Assembly: GCA_036676985.1 (NCBI GenBank)
Contig: JAKFBU010000077.1
Coordinates: 1-64,000, forward strand
Source of the DNA: Candidatus Sericytochromatia bacterium
GTDB taxonomy: Bacteria; Cyanobacteriota; Sericytochromatia; S15B-MN24; UBA4093
DNA length: 64,000 bases
Reading direction: 5' to 3'
Shown here: piece after piece, positions 8,900-15,970 of the stretch
How positions within the stretch are numbered: the stretch's first letter is position 1
Layout: each line of letters begins with the position of its first letter
Position numbers and translations under genes: made by a program
Notes under the pieces: generated by a model
What the model was told of the DNA's origin: nothing
The model's input: the letters and a program-made list of their open reading frames with translations, nothing else
The model's database searches: none

Positions 8900-10299
8900 G
8901 CCGCGCGCGCCTCTACCTCGACCACGCGGCGACCTCGCCCCTGCGTCCCCGGGCGCGCGAGGCCATGGAGAGCGCCTGGCGCTGGAGCTACGGCAACTCG
9001 GCCAGTCAGCACACCGAGGGCCGTGAGGCTCGCCTGACCCTCGCCCAGGCCCGAGCCCAGGTGGCGGCCTTGGTGGGCGTCGCACCGGAGGGCGTCGTCT
9101 TCACCTCGGGCGCCACCGAGGCCACCAACCTGGCGGTCAGGGGCGCGGCCTACGCGCGGCGCTCGGAGCACCGGAGCGTCGTGTCGACGCGCCTGGAGCA
9201 CTCGGCCACCCTCAAGGCCTGCGAGGCCCTCGCCAACGAGGGCTGGGGCGTGAGCCTCCTGCCCTCCGATCGGAACGGGCGGGTCTCGGCGAGCGACCTT
9301 GCGCGGGTGCTGGAGCCGGGCACCGCCGTGGTCTCGGTGATCGCGGGCCACAACGAGCTCGGCACCGTCCAGGATCTCGTGGCCCTCGCGGAAGCGGCGC
9401 ACGCCGGAGGAGCCCTGTTTCACCTGGATGCCGTGCAGGCGGTCGGACACCTGGACCTGTCCCAGGTGCCGTGGGACCTGCTCTCCCTGTCTGCCCACAA
9501 GCTCGGCGGACCTCAGGGGATCGGCGCACTGGTCATGCGCGGCTCGCCGGCCCTGCGGCCGGTGCTCGTCGGGGGCGCCCAGGAGGGCGGCCTGCGGCCC
9601 GGGACCGTGCCCGTGGCGCTCGCGGCGGGCTTCGGCGCAGCCGCCGAGGAGGTGCGCCACCATCGCGGAGCGGAGGGAGCACGGCTTGCGGCCCTGCGCG
9701 ATCGCCTCGGCGCCCTCTTGAGAGAGCGGCGGCCGGACCTCTTGCCCATGGGCATGTGGGCCCACGACGCGAGCCAGGCGCTGCCGCACATCCTCGCGCT
9801 CGGGATCCCGGGCGTGAAGGGCGACGAGCTGGTCCATGCCCTGGACGAGCTGGGCGTGGCGGGCGCGTCGTCCTCGGCATGCCTGTCGGGGACGCGATCG
9901 CACGTGCTGGAGGCCGTCGGGCTCCCCGAGCACATCGGCGTCATGCGCCTGTCCCTCGGCTGGGACACCACGGAGCGGGAAATCGACACGGCGGCCAAGC
10001 GGATCGGCAAGGCCCTGGAGCATCTCATGTCCCTGGCGCCCTTCGAGCGGCGCCGAGGGCTCATCGCGCAGCGCGCCAAGGAGGCGGGAATCGTGCTCAC
10101 GCAGGCTCACTGGGAGGCGACCGAGGCGGTCTTCTCCTACCATCACGACGAGGGAATCCTCCCCGGGCCGCGCCACCTGGCGCGCGCCTTGGGCGCGGGC
10201 GTCACCCTCGATCAGCTCTTCCCCCGGGGGATCGCGACCATCGCGAGCTGGCTCGGCATCCCCACTCCCCAGGGCGGTTGCCGCCCTTACGCAGGGTGA
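8896..10299 (+). CDS. IscS/NifS-type cysteine desulfurase fused to a C-terminal TusE/DsrC-like domain
   Basis: ATGA overlap start; YLDHAATSP, FTSGATEATN, HLDAVQ, SAHK, RPGT and SSSSAC329; C-terminal GIVLTQAHWE...LFPRG...LGIPTPQGGC. Confidence 0.88.
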   Translation: MSRARLYLDHAATSPLRPRAREAMESAWRWSYGNSASQHTEGREARLTLAQARAQVAALVGVAPEGVVFTSGATEATNLAVRGAAYARRSEHRSVVSTRLEHSATLKACEALANEGWGVSLLPSDRNGRVSASDLARVLEPGTAVVSVIAGHNELGTVQDLVALAEAAHAGGALFHLDAVQAVGHLDLSQVPWDLLSLSAHKLGGPQGIGALVMRGSPALRPVLVGGAQEGGLRPGTVPVALAAGFGAAAEEVRHHRGAEGARLAALRDRLGALLRERRPDLLPMGMWAHDASQALPHILALGIPGVKGDELVHALDELGVAGASSSACLSGTRSHVLEAVGLPEHIGVMRLSLGWDTTEREIDTAAKRIGKALEHLMSLAPFERRRGLIAQRAKEAGIVLTQAHWEATEAVFSYHHDEGILPGPRHLARALGAGVTLDQLFPRGIATIASWLGIPTPQGGCRPYAG

Positions 10300-10766
10300 G
10301 CCCCGTGTTGTCGCCCGGACATGGGGCGAGCCTCGCCACGACGGCGGGCATCACGTCGGTCATCACCATGGTCATGGCGGCCTCGGTCTTGGGGCAGTGC
10401 AACGGCCTCACGGGAGCGGCCCAGACGCTCGCGGCCGGGACCTTGCTCGCGCTGGTGCTCGGGGCGGGGTTGCTCTACTCGGCCCGCGAGGCCATCGGCA
10501 CGGCCATGGACGTGGGGCCCGGCGATCCGACGGCCTTCCGGGCGCTCGCCGGCAAGGGCCTCGCCTCCTACCACTTCGGCAAGGCGTGCCTCTTCCTGGG
10601 GCTGGCATGCGGGATCGCATGGCGCGTGGCCCTGCCGCACGGCGAGCTCGCGTGGCTCGGGGTGCTGGGGGCCGTCGGGTTCTCCTTGGGAGCGGCTGCG
10701 CGCGGTGCGCGCTACATGGGGCCGGCGGGGTCGGGGCTGGCTCAGTCCGCCGCGCCGAAGCAGTAG
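10296..10766 (+). CDS. Four-TM hypothetical membrane protein
   Basis: GTGA overlap with the desulfurase stop; corresponds to the C-terminal part of ORF 9471..10766 and has four hydrophobic segments. Confidence 0.7.
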   Translation: MSPVLSPGHGASLATTAGITSVITMVMAASVLGQCNGLTGAAQTLAAGTLLALVLGAGLLYSAREAIGTAMDVGPGDPTAFRALAGKGLASYHFGKACLFLGLACGIAWRVALPHGELAWLGVLGAVGFSLGAAARGARYMGPAGSGLAQSAAPKQ

Positions 10767-11401
10767 CCCTTGCCGCGGATGGTCTGGATCCACGGCGCGC
10801 CCACCCGGTTGAGCTTGCGCCGCAGGTAGGTCACGTACACGTCCACGATGTTGGTGCCCGTGTCGAACGGCATGCTCCAGACGTCGGCAGCGAGGGTCTC
10901 ACGGGGGAGGATGGCCTCGGGGTGATGCATGAAGTAGGAAAGCAGCTCGAACTCGCGGTTCGTCAGGGCGACGCTCCGGCCGGCGCGCTCCACGGTGCGC
11001 TTGAACATGTCCAGGCGCAGGTCCCCGTAGGTCATGGTGCGGCTGAGCCGGCGGATCACAGCGCGCATGCGCTCGATCAGCTCGTCGTAGGGGATGGGCT
11101 TCTGGATGTAGTCGTCCGCTCCGCAGCGCAGGCAGCGGATGCGCCCGGGCGAATCGGCCTCGCTCGAGATCATGATGACGTAGGGGCTCGCCCCCGAGTT
11201 GAGCATCGAGCGGCAGGCGCCGAGGCCTTGCAGGCAGGTGAGCTCATCGTTCATCAGGCCGACCTGGTAGGTGTTGAGCCGGGCGAGCTCGATGGCGCGA
11301 TCGCTCTCGATCACGGCATCCACCGAGTGTCCGTCCGTCTCCAGGTCCTGCTTCAAGCGCAGGACCAGCTCCCGGTCATCGTCTGCCAACAACACTCGCA
11401 T
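10742..11401 (-). CDS. OmpR/PhoB-family response regulator with an atypical receiver domain
   Basis: MRVLLADDD, GADDYIQKP, LTNREFELL, NIVDVYVTYLRRKL and IQTIRGKGY. Confidence 0.9.
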   Translation of the reverse strand: MRVLLADDDRELVLRLKQDLETDGHSVDAVIESDRAIELARLNTYQVGLMNDELTCLQGLGACRSMLNSGASPYVIMISSEADSPGRIRCLRCGADDYIQKPIPYDELIERMRAVIRRLSRTMTYGDLRLDMFKRTVERAGRSVALTNREFELLSYFMHHPEAILPRETLAADVWSMPFDTGTNIVDVYVTYLRRKLNRVGAPWIQTIRGKGYCFGAAD

Positions 11402-11515
11402 GAGCACCCTCCATTGGCTGCGGTCACGTCGCTTCATAACGCACCCTATCAAGCCTGCCGCCCCGAGTCTTTGAGCGTGCTCATATTAGATACCGCTAAT
11501 TCTGTGTCTTGTAAT

Positions 11516-11559
11516 GAGCAGAAATTACGGTAGGCCGTCGTTTCTTGCTTGATTAGCAT
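11516..11559 (+). promoter_or_regulatory. Putative activator site plus -10 box
   Basis: GAGCAGAAATTACGG-N23-TAGCAT upstream of the YD-repeat gene. Confidence 0.45.
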
Positions 11560-11584
11560 GTCCTAACATCAGGAGGTACGTCAG

Positions 11585-12397
11585 ATGTCCGACCCCGTCA
11601 CCATTGGCGTTATCCCGGCTCCCGACGAGCTGCTCTCCCAGATCAAGGCCTCTGTCCAGAGCGTCAAATCTTTCCAATCGGGCCGGGTGAACAAGTACGG
11701 CAAGGTGGAGGGCGTCCGGGAGTATCCGGCGGCTCAGGCGCCCTTCGAGCGCCAGGATCATCACATGGACGCCAAGGGGCGGGTCGTCTACCTCGAAAAG
11801 TTCACGCGCGACTTCTCCAAGCCCACCATGCGCTGTTACCGCTATGAGGACGCCACGAGCGCCCTGACCGAGGCCATCTGGCTCGATCGCTACGGCCGGA
11901 TCGAGAACTACCACCGGTATCGCTACGACGAGATGACGGGCCTCTTGGTCTGGCGCGCCGAGTACGACCACGAGGGCAACCTCTTCTACTCCATCCAGTC
12001 GCGCTACGACGCCAAGAACCAGCTCGTCGACGAGACCTGGTTCGACCCCAAGAACCGCTTCATGAAGCGCTATGCCTACTCCTACGATGCCAAGGGCGAG
12101 CTCATCGGCGAGCTGCACTACGACAGCCGCAACGTCCTGACGGGCATCAACCGCTTCAAGTACGACGCCAAGGGCAACCTGCTCGAGCGCAAGTGGTGCG
12201 ACCCCGCGGACAAGGTCATGAGCCGCTTCGAGTACAGCGTGGATCACGAAGGGCGCGTCCTCGCGATGAAGCTCTACGGACCGGGCGGAAAGGTCCAGAT
12301 ACGCCAGGAGTTCGCTTACGACGGCAAGAATAACGTGGTCCGAGAAAAGTGGTTCGATGACAAAGGAACGCTCGTCAAGGATCTCCGGTACTCGTGA
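11585..12397 (+). CDS. Short YD-repeat (RHS-repeat-like) protein
   Basis: Tandem ~23-aa units such as YRYDEMTG, YDHEGN, YDAKNQ, YSYDAKGE, FKYDAKGN and FAYDGKNN; AGGAGG RBS. Confidence 0.85.
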   Translation: MSDPVTIGVIPAPDELLSQIKASVQSVKSFQSGRVNKYGKVEGVREYPAAQAPFERQDHHMDAKGRVVYLEKFTRDFSKPTMRCYRYEDATSALTEAIWLDRYGRIENYHRYRYDEMTGLLVWRAEYDHEGNLFYSIQSRYDAKNQLVDETWFDPKNRFMKRYAYSYDAKGELIGELHYDSRNVLTGINRFKYDAKGNLLERKWCDPADKVMSRFEYSVDHEGRVLAMKLYGPGGKVQIRQEFAYDGKNNVVREKWFDDKGTLVKDLRYS

Positions 12398-12542
12398 GAG
12401 CTTTCTAACAAAAGTCCCTCCAAGTGAGTGGTTGTCTTATGACGGGCGTTTTCATCGGTTTCAAGGGCTGTTGGGAGTCCAAACGCCAGAGGTAAGAAGC
12501 CAGTAGCGATCGATCTCACTCGTTCAACAGGAGGATTTCGCG

Positions 12543-13760
12543 ATGGGCATGGGCGGAGTAGGCAACACCACTCAACCAATCATACCGAGACCGGGCACCT
12601 CGACGGGCGCCACGGGGGCCTCGGAGGGAACTGCTGGTACCACCACGGGCGCACCCGCGGGAGCCGCGGGCGATACGTCTCATGTCGGCGGGGCGGGCGA
12701 GTCGTCGGGCATGGAGCTGTTCCAGGCCCAGGACGTCACCAAGGACGTCGCGCCGCCCTTGCGTCCGCCCGAGCAGATCCGGGCGGACGACTCGCAGGAC
12801 GTGAAGCCGATGGATCCTCCCAAGGATCTCGAGCCCACGCCGCCTCGCACCGAGCCCTCGCAGGAGACGCGCCCGCCCGAAAAGGTCTCGTACTCCGAGC
12901 CGCCTGCGCCGCCCGAGCTGGAGAAGGTCATCGAGGTGGCCGGCAGCGGCATGGGCGCCGACAAGAAGTTCAAGATGTATCCCTCGGAGCTCGCGGCCAT
13001 CTACGCCATCCTCAAGGAGAATGGCGGCAACATGTCGCTCGAGGAGATGCAGAAGAAGCTCAAGACGTACTACGGCATCGACACCGAGATCAAGAACGGG
13101 ACGCTCGTCAACACGGCGAACGGCAACGCCATGATCTCGGACACCAACGGCAACGGCTCGCTCGACATGGGCGACTTGAACTTCGGCGAGGCGCTGAAGG
13201 CCGCGGGCATCGATCCGGCGAGCATCCCCAAGCCGGGCGACATGATGGCCATGATGAGCAACGTGGCCCACTGGGCGACCTACTGGGCCAACGAGCTCGA
13301 GAAGAATGTCAAGGAGATGAACCGTCCGGCGGACGCGGGCCCGGCCCCCTCGAGCCCCGCTCCGGCGGGTCCGTCCAACGCGACCAAGTCGGCCATGGTC
13401 GGCGGGACGCGCCTGGCGGACGACAAGCTCGTCACGGTCAAGGGCAACGATCGCCAGTTCACCATGCACCTGAGCGAGCTCGCGGCCATGTACGCGATCT
13501 TGAAGAAGCAGGACAAGCCCATCGCCGTCGAGGACCTGCAGAAGCAGCTCAAGCAGGGCTTCGGCATCGACTGCGACATCAAGAACATCGACGGGCAGCA
13601 GACGCTGGTCAACAAGGCCACGGGGCACGCGCTCATCTCCGACACCAACGGCTCGGGGATGATCGATCCCAAGGACCTGGAGTTCGAGAAGGCGCTGCGC
13701 GACAACGGAGTCGATCCCGAAAAGATCGTCCCCAAGCAGGCGGAAGCCACGATCGGATAG
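12543..13760 (+). CDS. Hypothetical protein with a low-complexity N-terminus and two homologous domains carrying EF-hand/dockerin-like loops
   Basis: Duplicated SELAA(I/M)YAILK...GID..IKN...TLVN...ISDTNG(N/S)G..D..DL.F..AL...G(I/V)DP; AGGAGG RBS. Confidence 0.85.
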   Translation: MGMGGVGNTTQPIIPRPGTSTGATGASEGTAGTTTGAPAGAAGDTSHVGGAGESSGMELFQAQDVTKDVAPPLRPPEQIRADDSQDVKPMDPPKDLEPTPPRTEPSQETRPPEKVSYSEPPAPPELEKVIEVAGSGMGADKKFKMYPSELAAIYAILKENGGNMSLEEMQKKLKTYYGIDTEIKNGTLVNTANGNAMISDTNGNGSLDMGDLNFGEALKAAGIDPASIPKPGDMMAMMSNVAHWATYWANELEKNVKEMNRPADAGPAPSSPAPAGPSNATKSAMVGGTRLADDKLVTVKGNDRQFTMHLSELAAMYAILKKQDKPIAVEDLQKQLKQGFGIDCDIKNIDGQQTLVNKATGHALISDTNGSGMIDPKDLEFEKALRDNGVDPEKIVPKQAEATIG

Positions 13761-13766
13761 GAGACC

Positions 13767-14030
13767 ATGGACCAGCTCTTGACCAAGCAGGAAGTCGCCG
13801 AGCGCGTCTCGCGCCTCAACCAGCTCGTGGCTCGCGAGTACGAGTTGCAGGAGCGATTGCTCGGCCTCAAGTTCCACGGCGCTCGCGACCACGTCGAGGA
13901 GGCCAAGAAGCAGCATGAGGAGACGATCCAGGAGATCGATCGCCTGCGTCACCAGGAGATGCTGCCGATCGTCAAGGAACTGAACGACTTCATCACCGCG
14001 GCCAAGGCCAAGCTGGGCAGGTCGTCATGA
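13767..14030 (+). CDS. Small coiled-coil hypothetical protein
   Basis: 87 aa, helical and charged; 6 nt after the upstream stop; ATGA overlap with the radical SAM gene. Confidence 0.8.
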   Translation: MDQLLTKQEVAERVSRLNQLVAREYELQERLLGLKFHGARDHVEEAKKQHEETIQEIDRLRHQEMLPIVKELNDFITAAKAKLGRSS

Positions 14031-15913
14031 CCGATCGGACGAGTCACGAGGAGGCCGGGACGTCCCGGCCTCCCAAGGTATTGCTGGTATTCGCCCCGCA
14101 GTGGTCCCCTCAGAACCCGCACTATTCCATGCGGGCCATCATGGGCCACCTGCGCCACCAGGGCATCCAGGTGGCGGTGCGGGATCTCAACGTCGAGTTC
14201 TACGACACGGTCCTGAGCCCCGAGTACCTGCGCCGGACCGCGGCCAAGGTGCGCCTCGCGCACAAGTACCTGGGTCATGTGAGCGCGCTCCGGATGCTGA
14301 GCGGCGACGATTCCATCGACGCGCGGATGGACGCCCTCCGCTTCGGGGCCATCAAGACCTACCTGGAGGAGAAGGAGCCCCTCCTCGACGAGCTGCCGCG
14401 GATCATCCTGGACGCCAAGGAGACGCTCAAGGACCCGCGCCGCTTCTACAACCCGGACCTCCTGATCGAGGCCTTCACCACCATCGACTGGGCCCTGGAG
14501 CTCGTCTCCCTGCCCTACACGCCCGCCTACCTCTCCTTCAACTACTTCGAGCAGCCGGACTGCCGCCTCAACGTCAAGAGCCTCATCGAGCACGCGACGA
14601 ACAAGAAGAACAACCTCTACTACGAGTTCTTCGAGGAGCAGATCGAGGGGCTGCTGGCCGAGGGCGCGGACTACATCGGCATCTCGATCAACGCCTTCTC
14701 GCAGGTGGTGCCGGGCCTGACGCTCGCCTACCTCTTGAAGCAGGCGGCCCCTCCGGGCATGCACGTGGGCATCGGCGGCAACTTCTTCGCGCGGGTCAAG
14801 AACGTGCTCGCCGAGCGCCCCGAGTTCTTCCGGACCTTCGCGCACAGCCTCGCCTGCGGGGAGGGCGAGCACCAGGTCACCTTGATGGCGCGCGCCCTGC
14901 ACGAGGGGCGATCGCTCGACGAGGTCCCCAACCTCCTCTATCTGTCGGAGGACGGCCAGACGGTGCACGTGACGCCGGAGGCCGAGGCGCCGCCGATGAA
15001 CGACATCGGCATCCAGGACCTGGAAGGCCTGCCGCTCGACAAGTACATGACCCCGGAGCTGGTCCTGACCATCCAGGCGAGCAAGGGCTGCTACTGGGGG
15101 GCCTGCACCTTCTGCGACACGGACTTCGGCATCCGCGTCGACCAGAAGTCCATCGACCGCCTGGTGGCCGAGATGAAGCACCTGCGCGATCGCTACGGGG
15201 TGAAGCACTTCCAGTTCGTGGACGAGGCCATCCGTCCGGTCTACATGCGGCGCATGGCCAAGACCTTCATCGAGGAAGAGCTGAACGTCCACTGGTTCTG
15301 CAACGGCCGGCTGGAGAAGGCGATCAACGCCGAACTCTTGCAGCTCTTGCACGACTCGGGCCTGCGCATGGTGCTCTGGGGCTTCGAGTCGGGCTCGGAG
15401 CGGATCCTCGAGCTCATCAAGAAGGGCATCGACGCCGAGCGCCGCTACGATATCCTGCAGGGTGCCAACGCCGCGGGCATCTGGAACTTCGCCTACATCT
15501 TCTTCGGCTTCCCCTCGGAGACGCTCGACGAGGCGCGCTCGACCATCGACGCCATCTGCCGGAACACGGACATCATCCATTCCTACGGGCGGTCGGTGTT
15601 CACGCTGGGTAAACAGAGCCCGTTGTTCCTGGAGGCGGCGGCGCACGGCATCGTAGACGTGATGGAGGATCTCGAGGAGCTGTCCACGAACCTGCATTAC
15701 CGGACGACGCTCGGGATGGACAACCGGGAGCTGACGCAGGTGCTCAAGGAGTGCACCCAGCGCTGCAGCGAGGCCTACGGCTACAACCTGTGGTTCTTCC
15801 TGCGCTACCGCGAGAACATCCACCTCTACGTGGCCAAGTACGGGCTGGAGTTCGTCAAGGACTACAAGATGTCCCGCTACGTCATTCCCAAGACGTGCGA
15901 AGAAGTCTTTTAG
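14027..15913 (+). CDS. B12-binding-domain radical SAM enzyme (class B-like)
   Basis: ASKGCYWGACTFC, YIGISIN, VGIGGN, GEGE, FQFVDEAI, WGFESGSERIL and FFGFPSET. Confidence 0.9.
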   Translation: MTDRTSHEEAGTSRPPKVLLVFAPQWSPQNPHYSMRAIMGHLRHQGIQVAVRDLNVEFYDTVLSPEYLRRTAAKVRLAHKYLGHVSALRMLSGDDSIDARMDALRFGAIKTYLEEKEPLLDELPRIILDAKETLKDPRRFYNPDLLIEAFTTIDWALELVSLPYTPAYLSFNYFEQPDCRLNVKSLIEHATNKKNNLYYEFFEEQIEGLLAEGADYIGISINAFSQVVPGLTLAYLLKQAAPPGMHVGIGGNFFARVKNVLAERPEFFRTFAHSLACGEGEHQVTLMARALHEGRSLDEVPNLLYLSEDGQTVHVTPEAEAPPMNDIGIQDLEGLPLDKYMTPELVLTIQASKGCYWGACTFCDTDFGIRVDQKSIDRLVAEMKHLRDRYGVKHFQFVDEAIRPVYMRRMAKTFIEEELNVHWFCNGRLEKAINAELLQLLHDSGLRMVLWGFESGSERILELIKKGIDAERRYDILQGANAAGIWNFAYIFFGFPSETLDEARSTIDAICRNTDIIHSYGRSVFTLGKQSPLFLEAAAHGIVDVMEDLEELSTNLHYRTTLGMDNRELTQVLKECTQRCSEAYGYNLWFFLRYRENIHLYVAKYGLEFVKDYKMSRYVIPKTCEEVF

Positions 15914-15928
15914 CGAAAGAAACGAGAA

Positions 15929-15955
15929 TCGGGGAGCCAAGCGCTGGCTCCCCGA
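15929..15955. terminator. Hairpin between convergent genes
   Basis: TCGGGGAGCCA-agcgc-TGGCTCCCCGA. Confidence 0.7.
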
Positions 15956-15970
15956 CAGCTTTCGTAGGCC

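Noticed and set aside
6572-10299. ORF-track entries 6572..8899 (775 aa) and 8221..10299 (692 aa) look like large fusion proteins
   Set aside because: Their N-terminal parts are Arg/Pro/Gly-rich off-frame readings of the upstream genes. The real starts are at the ATGA overlaps 8063 and 8896.
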